Positions 20,197 to 29,489 of a stretch of DNA of 64,000 bases are shown piece after piece. The translations under genes were made by a program, and so were the position numbers. Within the stretch, counting starts at the first letter, position 1. The number at the start of each line of letters is the position of its first letter. Below the pieces are notes generated by a model. The model was not told where the DNA came from and made no database searches. It worked only from the letters and a program-made list of their open reading frames with translations. This stretch comes from an uncultured Nitrososphaerota archaeon. Its GTDB lineage: Archaea; Thermoproteota; EX4484-205; JAAOZO01. The stretch covers positions 160,001-224,000 of the forward strand of contig CAYOYV010000001.1 in the NCBI GenBank assembly GCA_964408285.1. Reading direction: 5' to 3'.

Positions 20197-21954
20197 CTAT
20201 CCCGGGATCTTCTTCAGCTTGGTCTGATAGAATTCAATCAATTCCTTTTCAGTTGTCGCATCCTCTGCTTCCTTGTCTATCCTGTATTTGCCAGTGAACC
20301 TAGGAAATCTTATGGCGAGTCCAGTATGCTTCTTGATGGCAGCCATGGCTGCGGTATGGATCGGGCTAATCGTTACTTCAGCTCCGATCACCTCGAGTAC
20401 GAGTCTTGGCTTGAACCAGAAGTCTGGCTCGATCTTGCTGTCAACTCTGGCTGGCTTCTCCGGGGCCAAGTCGTTCTCAAGCATTTCACCCAATTTCCCT
20501 AGGTCCTGCTCTGTGAAACCAGTTCCAACCCTCGTCGTTGATTTGAACATATCCGATTCAGGATCATATATCGCCATCAGGAACGAGCCATATTTGAACT
20601 GCGCCCTCTTTCCCATGCCTCGATACGCTCCTATTATGACCAGATCGAGGGTGTCTTCCATTTCTGCCTTGTATTCCCTCTTTAGCTTCACCCACCTGAA
20701 GGATCTGGCACCGGCCTCATATTCGGAATCCAGCATCTTTACCATCACTCCTTCCATGCCATCCGAGATGGCCTCCTCGAAAAATCTCTCTATGTCTTCA
20801 GATGACTTGGCCAGAATCATTTTAGACAGTTGGACTCTATCGTCTTTCTTTACCATTTTCTCAAGAACTGCTCTTCTTTCTTTGTAGGGTGAGTCCATGA
20901 GATCTCTTCTGTCAATGAATAGTACATCGAATAGCTTCAGATTGACTGGTATTTCACGCATAACTCTCTCTATCTCGTATTTTCTCCTCCTCTGCATCAA
21001 ATCCTGGAAGGGTCTGATCTCCCCCGTATCGGCTTCCACTGCAATGCACTCCATCTCGAATATTGCATCTCCGGTCTTGATCGTTCCACGAAGCAATTCC
21101 ACCACATCAGGATATTGATGGCTTATGTCCTCTAGCCGTCTTGAGAACAATTTCACTTCCGCTCCTCTCTTGTGTGCTTGTATCCGTTCTCCATCATACT
21201 TGTATTCGATGGCACATGGCAATCCCACTTTCTGAGCGATCTCCTGCGGGCTTCCAAGTCTTTCAGCCAACTGCATCCTAATCGGTATTCCAATCTCTAT
21301 CCTGATCTTCCGGAGCCCTTCCAAACCCTGTCGCCGAATCGTTAGAGCTATTTGACCAATATCAGGCCTTATGTTGTAGATACTCTCTACCTCTTGTCTG
21401 GCCTCCTTGCTCCCGGCGAATGCTTCGGAGAGTGCATCGAGAAGCGTCATCTCGGCAAGTCCAAGCCTCAGTTCCCCAGTCACGTATCTCACCAAATACT
21501 TTCCTTCCTGGGGCGACATGTCTGCCAGTACCGAAGCCAGACCATCGATCTTCTGCATGGTGGATTTCTTTCCAGCAAGCTTTGACAGAGCGATTATTGA
21601 ATTGAAGGTATCAGAGACTGTGAGTTCTCTGCTGACCAGTTTGCGCATTTTCCTGTTCGTCAGCAATTCAAAGGCCGCCTGACCTAAGTCGCCTATTTCC
21701 TTGAGCTTCTGTTCGACCTTGAGTTCGGTGATCCCTGTAGCCTTTGCTATGCTTCTCAAGATAAGTTTCTCGGCCATCCCAATCTCGGTCCCGGCGTAAT
21801 CTGGACCCAGGGCCCCGAGGAGAATGTAGCATATGATGCCCACCTCATTCTCTTCTGCCTCAAGAAACAACTGCCTAGTTGTCTGGATCATTTCGAGTCT
21901 CTTTGTTGTTGACTCGATCTTTTGCATGTATTTAGCAAGAGTTGAGAAATCCAC
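20197..21954 (-). CDS. lig: ATP-dependent DNA ligase
   Basis: EYKYDGERIQ motif I, EGVMVK, WVKLK, LAIRFPRF; GGTGA SD 6 nt before the GTG start. Confidence 0.97.
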   Translation of the reverse strand: MDFSTLAKYMQKIESTTKRLEMIQTTRQLFLEAEENEVGIICYILLGALGPDYAGTEIGMAEKLILRSIAKATGITELKVEQKLKEIGDLGQAAFELLTNRKMRKLVSRELTVSDTFNSIIALSKLAGKKSTMQKIDGLASVLADMSPQEGKYLVRYVTGELRLGLAEMTLLDALSEAFAGSKEARQEVESIYNIRPDIGQIALTIRRQGLEGLRKIRIEIGIPIRMQLAERLGSPQEIAQKVGLPCAIEYKYDGERIQAHKRGAEVKLFSRRLEDISHQYPDVVELLRGTIKTGDAIFEMECIAVEADTGEIRPFQDLMQRRRKYEIERVMREIPVNLKLFDVLFIDRRDLMDSPYKERRAVLEKMVKKDDRVQLSKMILAKSSEDIERFFEEAISDGMEGVMVKMLDSEYEAGARSFRWVKLKREYKAEMEDTLDLVIIGAYRGMGKRAQFKYGSFLMAIYDPESDMFKSTTRVGTGFTEQDLGKLGEMLENDLAPEKPARVDSKIEPDFWFKPRLVLEVIGAEVTISPIHTAAMAAIKKHTGLAIRFPRFTGKYRIDKEAEDATTEKELIEFYQTKLKKIPG

Positions 21955-21960
21955 TGGAAT

Positions 21961-22494
21961 TCACCACGCCTTACCGTAGCCGTCCAGATATACCCTGCGC
22001 TGCAATGAAGGGGGCGGTCTGAATCTGCCCGAGTCCAGCGGATATCCGAGAGTCACAATCGTCACTGGCCTGTAGGCATCAGGAGGTGAAATCACCGCTC
22101 GAACCTTACGTTCATCAAACGCTCCTATCCAGCACGTCCCAAGTCCCATCTCAGTTGCCTTCAACATCAGATTCTCAACTGCGGCACCAATGTCTAGGAG
22201 ACTGTAGAGGCCGATCCCCCTGTTCCCGTATGAATCAAGGGCTGCGACCTCATTGACTAGGAACACAAGATCGACGGGGGCCTCCGAGACGAACTGCTCG
22301 TTGTAACAAGCCATAGCCAATTCCTTCCTTTTCGTCTGTTGAAGAACCACTACCACCTCATAGGGGTGAACATCGCCCGCCGACGGGGCCATGAACGCTG
22401 CTTCAAGCAGGGATTGGATCTGCTGCTTGCTGATCTCCCTTCCCTCATAGTGCCTGATGCTTCTCCTTCTGGCTATTGCATCGGTCACCTTCAT
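21961..22494 (-). CDS. Nitroreductase family protein
   Basis: RRRSIRHY, APSAG, ENLMLKATEMGLGTCWIGAF. Confidence 0.92.
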   Translation of the reverse strand: MKVTDAIARRRSIRHYEGREISKQQIQSLLEAAFMAPSAGDVHPYEVVVVLQQTKRKELAMACYNEQFVSEAPVDLVFLVNEVAALDSYGNRGIGLYSLLDIGAAVENLMLKATEMGLGTCWIGAFDERKVRAVISPPDAYRPVTIVTLGYPLDSGRFRPPPSLQRRVYLDGYGKAW

Positions 22495-22542
22495 ACATAG
22501 AAACCGATGGGGCTGGGCTAAAAAAGTTGAGGATTGTCCGCA

Positions 22543-22860
22543 CTAGATGATCATGATGGAGCTTCTTTCGAATCCATTTCTTCTCAAGTAGTCCTCTGCT
22601 TTTGACCTCTGGTCTCCCTGCAGGAAGATCTTACCATCCTTTACAGTACCACCGCAAGCACATCGAGACTTCAGGTTTTTCGCTAGACTCTCAACTGAAT
22701 CCTCTTTTTCGCTTATTCCTTCTATTATTGTCATGGGTTTGTTGAACTTCCTCATCTCCAGCCTTATGGTTATCTTCTGTTCTTCTCTGAAAGCTTCCTC
22801 AAGAGCCCCCTCTGTACCGAAGACATCGAAATCCTCGTCTTTCGTGTTCTTCACCATCAC
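22543..22860 (-). CDS. Translation initiation factor SUI1/aIF1
   Basis: KPMTIIEGI...LKSRCACGGTVKDGKIFLQGDQR. Confidence 0.92.
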   Translation of the reverse strand: MMVKNTKDEDFDVFGTEGALEEAFREEQKITIRLEMRKFNKPMTIIEGISEKEDSVESLAKNLKSRCACGGTVKDGKIFLQGDQRSKAEDYLRRNGFERSSIMII

Positions 22861-22967
22861 CTTTGTCTTGTGCTAGGACATCGACGTCCGATATTTAAGA
22901 TTAAAGCTGTTCGGGACGCCAATTCAATAGAGATATATTCTCTCCAAGGAGGCAGACGTATCTAGAT

Positions 22968-23720
22968 TTGGCGGAAGAAAGGCGCTATGACGAGCTTACA
23001 GGATACATAAAGGATCTAACTGCAAGGAAGATAATTGGTGATATAATTCTGAGTGAGGATTCGGGAAAGGCATTCAAGAAGTGGAGGTTGCTTTTCCAGA
23101 TACCTCAGAAGGAGCTTTCCCAACAGATGGGAATTTCCCCCTCAGTGCTTAGTGACTATGAAAGGGGTAGAAGAAAGAATCCTGGAACGAAGTTCATGAG
23201 GACTTTCGTCGAAGCCCTGATCGAGCTTGACCTGACGAAGGGAAGCAGGAAATTGTCTGAGTTATCAAGAACTGAATTACCTCCACCGGGGGTGATACTC
23301 GCGATTAAGGAATTCTCGATACCTGTCAAAGTAAAGACGATCTTCGCAATCACGAGTTCAGTTTCAATCTTGGAGGACAGGGACCTTGAGGAGACCCTAT
23401 TCGGCTACACTGTTCTAGATAGCATTAAGTCAATTCTCTATTTCAAGGGAGACGAATTCATCAGAATATTCGGGGCAACTGCAAAGAGAGCCCTGGTATT
23501 CACAAACGTTATTCACGGTCGATCTCCAATGGTCGCAGTGAGAGTGTTTCCTTTCAAGCCTTCCGCTGTGATAATACATGGTCCCGCGGCAATCGACGAT
23601 GTGGCAGTCGAAATAGCGAAACGCGAGAACATACCGCTTGGTCTCTCAAGGATGCCAAGCGTGAACGATTTGTTGTCTGCCCTTGAGGATGTCGAGATTG
23701 TTGAGAAAACAAAGGCGTGA
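22968..23720 (+). CDS. XRE-type HTH regulator (COG1709-like)
   Basis: IIGDIILS...KKWRLLFQIPQKELSQQMGISPSVLSDYERGRRKNPG; GRSPMVAVRV. Confidence 0.88.
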   Translation: MAEERRYDELTGYIKDLTARKIIGDIILSEDSGKAFKKWRLLFQIPQKELSQQMGISPSVLSDYERGRRKNPGTKFMRTFVEALIELDLTKGSRKLSELSRTELPPPGVILAIKEFSIPVKVKTIFAITSSVSILEDRDLEETLFGYTVLDSIKSILYFKGDEFIRIFGATAKRALVFTNVIHGRSPMVAVRVFPFKPSAVIIHGPAAIDDVAVEIAKRENIPLGLSRMPSVNDLLSALEDVEIVEKTKA

Positions 23721-23901
23721 GCCATTCAGCTTGTCACTATACCGGTAATGGATTTGGAGATGTGCTCACGGATCTCGGCAGGGGTCTTGAGTATATGAGT
23801 AGCCGCTCATCATGACTACGTAAGCAGAATTGCAGAGATCACAGATCATAGGACGAAAAATAGGAGATGAAGAACCCACTCTCAGTCCATCGACAGGGGT
23901 T

Positions 23902-23949
23902 CTACTTCTTCTTCTTTTTCTTTTTCTTTGATTTGCATGTTCCTGGCAT
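23902..23949 (-). CDS. Possible 15-aa poly-lysine micropeptide
   Basis: MPGTCKSKKKKKKKK with mixed AAA/AAG codons, TTATATA about 30 nt upstream and a hairpin right after the stop. Confidence 0.35.
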   Translation of the reverse strand: MPGTCKSKKKKKKKK

Positions 23950-23978
23950 TTTCTTACAAATATCATAATCGCTCGATA

Positions 23979-24515
23979 CTATATAAGCTTGACTTTTTTC
24001 TTATCAAGCTTTGACAATTCTGCGACCAAGACAACGCCGAGGACATTGATGGCGACGAACGATCCAAAGAATATCGCCAAGAGATTGAGAAGCAGCGGGT
24101 GCAGCCCAATCTCATATAGAGCTTCTGGCAGAGGGGCAGATATCAGCCACAGGTAAGATCCTATCATTATTGTTATGACGAGGTTCTGAAGCAATGCGAT
24201 GAAGAAGAACCGTTTCGGATTGTCCGAACCTTTTCCGAATATCTGTCCGATTGAAGCCGCGAACAGATTTGCGAATGCCCCGACAATAATATCGGTAAGT
24301 CCAAAGGGACTGAGGAAATTGCCGAATACAACCCCGAGCGTAACGCCAATTGTTGCCGGCCACCCGTAAATTATCGAGGTGGGAATAAGCATGTCTGCGA
24401 CCCTGACCTGTATGGGCAGGAAACTGAGGGATTGGAAAAGAAAGAGCAGGACAACATACAGAGCAGCCAGCAGCGAACACAGCGAGATCGCCCTCAATCT
24501 CCCGCTTATGAGCAT
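23979..24515 (-). CDS. QueT-family membrane transporter component
   Basis: LAALYVVL...SFLPIQVRVAD...GVTLGVVFGNFLSPFGLTDIIVG; start taken at ATG 24515. Confidence 0.82.
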   Translation of the reverse strand: MLISGRLRAISLCSLLAALYVVLLFLFQSLSFLPIQVRVADMLIPTSIIYGWPATIGVTLGVVFGNFLSPFGLTDIIVGAFANLFAASIGQIFGKGSDNPKRFFFIALLQNLVITIMIGSYLWLISAPLPEALYEIGLHPLLLNLLAIFFGSFVAINVLGVVLVAELSKLDKKKVKLI

Positions 24516-24706
24516 CAGACGACTCGGAATTGCAGAGCGATTCATAAGTCTTTCAACTCGTTGTTGACACGCCGGTGCTGCTTGAAGGCAGATGCCGATC
24601 GGAACTTGCGAAAGATTGAAAAGTACAGTATCGTTCTCTCTGGAAAGTGGATGATTGCCCCCGTTGATGGACGCCAAGTGCTATTAGTCAGAGGAGGTGA
24701 CTCAGA

Positions 24707-25969
24707 CTAACGGTTCGAGAGGACTTTCTGGAAGAAGCCAGGGCTTATCTTCAGAAGAGGCCTGATTTCATTTCGTCAGCTCCAGCTCGAGCGGACCTCT
24801 TCAATACACATCAGGATTACAAGATGCTTCCTGTAGTCCCCGTTGCCCTAAATCTGAGGTTCTACTTCTTCGGAATGCCGATTGAAGATACCAGGATAAT
24901 ATTGCGTCCTGCTGATGTGCGAAGATCTGGAAAGCAGGAGGACCTCCAGATAGATCTGACAGACCCTTCTGAATCATCGCATGACACGGCGGGATACCTG
25001 TCAGCTATATTACGCATTCTCAAGAGATTCCAAAGGGGATTCAGGGCGAAGGGCCTGAAGCTATATGCCAGAAGTGAAATCCCAATAGGTGCCGGGATGG
25101 GATCCAGTGGCGCACTTGAAGTCGCATTTCTGACGGCCCTAAATCGGTTTTTCTCCCTTGGGCTGACAAATGACTCAATTGCAGAATATTCATACCTAGC
25201 AGAAAGCTTCGATCTCGGGATTCCCTGTGGGAGACTCGATCAATACGCTGCGACTTTCGGCGGCGCAATCGTCCTCCACCAACGGCCGATTATATCAGTA
25301 GAAAGGCTGAAACTTCCACCTTTCAGCATGGTCGTCATTGATTCAGGAGAGCAGCACAGAACGGAGGCAATCCACTCTGTGAGGCAAGCAGAGATCGATG
25401 AGGGGCTGGCGGCTTGCCAGTCCTCATCAATGGTGCCAAAAAGTTTCAAGAATAGGCTTGGTCGAACTCACTTCGAGACAGACTGGGAAAACATCAACAG
25501 GGATGAACTCGCTCGCTTTCTGTTCATGGTTCCAGAGAAGTCTGGGAAGAGAATTCTGTTCACCATGCGGATGAACGATTCCACAAAGCTCATCGTTGAT
25601 TTCCTGAAGGCTGGGAAAATAGAAAGAAAGACAGCACTTGAGGTCCTTGGCGAAAGGAGATTCAAGATTCTGGATTCATCAAACTGGGCAGTTCTGGAAA
25701 CTATCGGGGAAACGATGAACCTCCAACACGAGTTGCTACGAGATCTGTATGATGTTAGCACCGACAAGCTGGAAATCCTCAGGGATCTGTCCTTGATGAG
25801 TGGGGGCCTCGGGGTGAAGATAAGCGGGGCCGGTCTTGGCGGCTGCCTGATTGCGCTCGTGAGGGACAAGGATTCCGGCAGATCTGTCAGAGATGCAGTC
25901 ATGGATGGAGGCGCCAAAGATGCTTGGATCTTGGATATTGATCATGGGGCAGAGTATCTGAGTGGATGA
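24707..25969 (+). CDS. GHMP kinase (galactokinase-like); true start lies upstream of the ORF-track call
   Basis: In-frame SAPARADLFNTHQDYK upstream of ATG 24824; PIGAGMGSSGA; KISGAGLGG; no ATG/GTG/TTG between the in-frame stop at 24698 and 24824. Confidence 0.85.
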   Translation, partial: LTVREDFLEEARAYLQKRPDFISSAPARADLFNTHQDYKMLPVVPVALNLRFYFFGMPIEDTRIILRPADVRRSGKQEDLQIDLTDPSESSHDTAGYLSAILRILKRFQRGFRAKGLKLYARSEIPIGAGMGSSGALEVAFLTALNRFFSLGLTNDSIAEYSYLAESFDLGIPCGRLDQYAATFGGAIVLHQRPIISVERLKLPPFSMVVIDSGEQHRTEAIHSVRQAEIDEGLAACQSSSMVPKSFKNRLGRTHFETDWENINRDELARFLFMVPEKSGKRILFTMRMNDSTKLIVDFLKAGKIERKTALEVLGERRFKILDSSNWAVLETIGETMNLQHELLRDLYDVSTDKLEILRDLSLMSGGLGVKISGAGLGGCLIALVRDKDSGRSVRDAVMDGGAKDAWILDIDHGAEYLSG

Positions 25970-25972
25970 ACA

Positions 25973-26869
25973 GTGTCAGATCTTAACGTATTGGTCATTG
26001 GGGGACTTACCAAGGACCTCATAAAGAGAAAGAGCGTTCAGAGTCGTCCCGGAGGAGGGGCGTTCTATTGCTCCATTGCCGCAGCCAGAATGGGAGCAAG
26101 TGTGGAGCTTTGGACAGTAGTAGGTGATGAATTCCCGAAGGAGGGGATAGTCCAAATCGAAAGTGAGGGCGTGAGGGTGGTCCAACTTAGGTCGACCAGT
26201 TCCATTGGATTTGTGAACGAAATAGACGAGGTCGGGCATAGAAGACAATGGGTGTCTTCCGTTGCAGATAGGATGATCAATGTTCCGCTCGGACCCCTGA
26301 ATAGGTTCGACTATGTCCAAATCACACCAGTTCTTGGGGAAGTCGATCCGAAGGTCATATCGGCAGTTCCCCCGGGATTAACCGGCGTCGAGATGCAAGG
26401 CTTCCTGAGGAAAAGGGAGATAGGGCCTGTGAGGATGATTCATCCGTCCGAGATGGACGAATTGTTGAAAATGAGACTGCTCGTTCATCTGTCAGAGGAC
26501 GAACTGCTCTATTTCACTGACTCTACGATCTCCGAAGAGCTTCAAAGGCATTCAATAGGGGCGATTGCCCTTACTAGATCCGCAAAGGGATCATTCATCT
26601 TCTCGCGGACAAGTTCATATTTCGTGCCCGCGCCAAGAATAAGGCTCATTGATGATGTTGGTTGTGGCGATGTGTACTCCGTGACAATGGGAATTTCACT
26701 GGCAGATGGAAGACCCCCCCTTGAGGCCGCGATCACGGCTACAAGCGCAGCCACTCTGCTAGCAGAAAGCACCAGAATGGAAAGGCTGAGAAGGGGCGAG
26801 GATTTCGAGAAGCGCGTGTCATTGGTAAGGGACGTCTACCAGAAGTATGGGTTAGCTTCGAAGATCTGA
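25973..26869 (+). CDS. PfkB-family carbohydrate kinase
   Basis: PGGGAFY, VVGDEF, DDVGCGDVY. Confidence 0.88.
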   Translation: MSDLNVLVIGGLTKDLIKRKSVQSRPGGGAFYCSIAAARMGASVELWTVVGDEFPKEGIVQIESEGVRVVQLRSTSSIGFVNEIDEVGHRRQWVSSVADRMINVPLGPLNRFDYVQITPVLGEVDPKVISAVPPGLTGVEMQGFLRKREIGPVRMIHPSEMDELLKMRLLVHLSEDELLYFTDSTISEELQRHSIGAIALTRSAKGSFIFSRTSSYFVPAPRIRLIDDVGCGDVYSVTMGISLADGRPPLEAAITATSAATLLAESTRMERLRRGEDFEKRVSLVRDVYQKYGLASKI

Positions 26870-27646
26870 AGGCACCCTCAGGAATACCCCGCCGATTCGT
26901 TTCAACATGGCTCCAAGCTTTGCTCTGGCCTCCTCGACTTTTTGGCGGGCGTTCTTGCCCGTGTAGCTCAGATGAATTCTGATCGGGATTTTCCTAGTCG
27001 TGGAATAGGCCACATGTGTCTTGACATATATTCCTTTGATCTCCTTTCTGACTACTTGAACAATCGGGGCTGCATTGGCTTCCGGTATGCCGCATACGTA
27101 GAGATCGGATTCGGCCGTCATCCTCGGGCCGAGACGTTTCCTAATTCTGGGAATGACCTCGTGTTCCACTATTCCGGCGAATTCCTCGGGCACGCCTGGT
27201 AGTGAGATCAGAATGGTATGGCCTTCCTTAATCAGCACGCCCGGTGCTACTCCAATCCTGTTCCGCAGAGGTGTGGCTCCTTCAGGAAGACGTGCCATCT
27301 TGAGTCTCTCCGGTGTCATCTTGCCCTTGACTGCCCTGCTTGTCCATTCCCTTGCCAACCCATTGACTTTCAATCTTCGACCCAGGGCCTCTGCAATGCC
27401 CTGCAATGTGATGTCATCCCAAGTTGGCCCAAGCCCCCCACATGTTACCACGAACAGCGGGTCCTCCTCAAGTATGGCTTTCAGAACGAGTTGGATCTCA
27501 TCAAGATCGTCCCTGACCGTGTAGCTCCTCGAAATCTCAAATCCAAGAATCTTCAGCCGCCTCCCAAACCAGGTCAAGTTCGTGTCGGCCACTCTTCCAT
27601 CCAACAATTCATTTCCGACAGCGATTACTATAATCTCAGGTCGCAT
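26852..27646 (-). CDS. CinA N-terminal / molybdopterin-binding domain protein
   Basis: AVGNELLDGRVADTN, GGLGPTWDDIT, LPGVPEE. Confidence 0.9.
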   Translation of the reverse strand: MRPEIIVIAVGNELLDGRVADTNLTWFGRRLKILGFEISRSYTVRDDLDEIQLVLKAILEEDPLFVVTCGGLGPTWDDITLQGIAEALGRRLKVNGLAREWTSRAVKGKMTPERLKMARLPEGATPLRNRIGVAPGVLIKEGHTILISLPGVPEEFAGIVEHEVIPRIRKRLGPRMTAESDLYVCGIPEANAAPIVQVVRKEIKGIYVKTHVAYSTTRKIPIRIHLSYTGKNARQKVEEARAKLGAMLKRIGGVFLRVPSDLRS

Positions 27647-27700
27647 CCCTATGTCACAGCGGATGAACGGATAAAAGGAGCTTTAAGGTTGTTATCATGA

Positions 27701-28495
27701 ATGACTTCGAGAGCAGAAGAACCTCCTGCATTGTTCATAGTGGGAACAGCTGGAAGCGGAAAGACGAGTCTGGCATCTTCACTTACAGATTGGCTGAACA
27801 GGAGAGGAATATCAACAGAGGCCGTGAATCTGGATCCTGGCGCTGATTTCCTTCCATATGAACCCATTCTCGATGCCAGAGATTTCGTCAACGTCTACGA
27901 GGTAATGGGCGAGAGGGGCCTAGGTCCGAATTCCTCGCTGATCTTGGCTGCCGACATACTTGCGGATCAAGTTGATGAGATGCGGAAGACACTGGCGGAC
28001 TCCACCGCGGACCTCTTCCTGGTTGACACCTCCGGGCAGATAGAGTTGTTCGCTTTCAGATCCAGTGGAACCTATCTGGCAAAGGAGCTGTTCTGGGGGA
28101 GCAAGGCAATCGGCTTTCTGGTCGATGCTCCTTTCTCAATCGACCCGATGAATTTCCTAGCCAACATGTTCTTGCAAAGTGCGGTCTACTCTAGGCTGCT
28201 TCTACCATTGATCACAATTGTGACGAAGGAGGATCTCGTGCGCTCTGAGGACATATCAAGAATATTCAACTGGTCCAGAGATCGAGAGCTTCTTATCTCT
28301 CAGGCACGCGAAGAATATCCTGCACAGAAGTTCATCCACATCGAGTCCGTATTGCGGTCTATACCCGGATTGCCCTTCCTGAGCCGTCCCCTCGTTGTTT
28401 CATCGAATACACTATCTGGCTTCACGGAGCTTTATGCCGAGGTCTCCAGACTGTTCTTCGCTGGCGAGGAAACTGCCACAGGTCCTCCTCATTGA
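27701..28495 (+). CDS. GPN-loop GTPase
   Basis: GTAGSGKT, NLDPG, GLGPN, DTSGQIELF. Confidence 0.92.
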   Translation: MTSRAEEPPALFIVGTAGSGKTSLASSLTDWLNRRGISTEAVNLDPGADFLPYEPILDARDFVNVYEVMGERGLGPNSSLILAADILADQVDEMRKTLADSTADLFLVDTSGQIELFAFRSSGTYLAKELFWGSKAIGFLVDAPFSIDPMNFLANMFLQSAVYSRLLLPLITIVTKEDLVRSEDISRIFNWSRDRELLISQAREEYPAQKFIHIESVLRSIPGLPFLSRPLVVSSNTLSGFTELYAEVSRLFFAGEETATGPPH

Positions 28496-28524
28496 GGTAA
28501 ACCATTGAACAAAAGTTTTTAATC

Positions 28525-29424
28525 ATGTTCAGAACGGCTCTTCCAAAGGATTTGAGTCTCATCTCGGAGCTTGGTCTCATACGACAGGAAGCCAGGGAAC
28601 TCGAAAAAGAACTGGAGAAGACAAAGCAGGACCTCAAGGACAAAATACAACGAAAGAACGAATTGCTTGACAAGATAAGGACTCTCAATCAGCAGATAGA
28701 CGAGAATCAGCTGAAGCGGGATCAACTTAACACTCAGGTCAAGGAGACCAAGTCTGAATCCGAGAAGATGCTCGTTGATCTGGATAAGCTCAGAAACGAG
28801 GTTAGGACCAGAGAATCCTTGGTAGACCAATATAGGGCGAAATACAGGATAGGTGAGGGGGAGGCGAGAAAGAGATTATCAGATTTGGAGTGGAGACTTG
28901 TGACTGAGCATCACAATCCCAAAATGGAGTCTTCAATAGTCGCAGAGATAGAAAGGCTTAGGTCGATCCTGTCAAGCTACGAGAGGGCCAAGGCAATGGA
29001 CAAGACTGCAGAAGAATACAGGAAGAAGATGGCTGAGTTCAAGAACGCCATCAACGAAATGAGGAATAGAAGAAGTATGCTTGTGCAACAATCTGACCAA
29101 TATCATAGGCTCTATGTCGATTCGAAGGAAGCGAAGAAGGTGGCTGTAGGTGAATTGGAGGAAGCAAGGTCTGAGATCCAGCAATTGTTTGAGAGGAAGA
29201 ACGAGTTGTTCATGAAGCTGATAGAGCATGATGCCAAGGCGCATCTCATAGTCTCCTCCCTTAGGACCTCACAGCAGTTCGTCCGGAGAGAAAAAGAGAA
29301 GGAGCTGTACCAGGTAAAGGAGCAGATAGCAGAGCAAGTCGACCAGAAGCTGAAGGAGAGAAAGTCTCTTTCACTAGACGAATTAAAGATTTACTATGAG
29401 GTCAAGAAATCGACTTCTGCCTGA
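28525..29424 (+). CDS. Archaeal coiled-coil protein (COG1340-like)
   Basis: E/K-rich heptads, LEWRLVT, C-terminal KSLSLDELK; upstream of DUF373-uppS. Confidence 0.78.
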   Translation: MFRTALPKDLSLISELGLIRQEARELEKELEKTKQDLKDKIQRKNELLDKIRTLNQQIDENQLKRDQLNTQVKETKSESEKMLVDLDKLRNEVRTRESLVDQYRAKYRIGEGEARKRLSDLEWRLVTEHHNPKMESSIVAEIERLRSILSSYERAKAMDKTAEEYRKKMAEFKNAINEMRNRRSMLVQQSDQYHRLYVDSKEAKKVAVGELEEARSEIQQLFERKNELFMKLIEHDAKAHLIVSSLRTSQQFVRREKEKELYQVKEQIAEQVDQKLKERKSLSLDELKIYYEVKKSTSA

Positions 29425-29489
29425 AAACAGCGCCTTGGGCTTGAGGGAAAACCTTTTCTTAGCGCAATTGGTTGCCCTAATATAAGGCA

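Noticed and set aside
24683-24716. Possible second BHB intron at the GHMP kinase 5' end (TTAGTC/GACTAA hairpin)
   Set aside because: The best BHB register gives a 19-nt excision that leaves an in-frame stop upstream. The frame-restoring 23-nt register lacks proper flanking helices.
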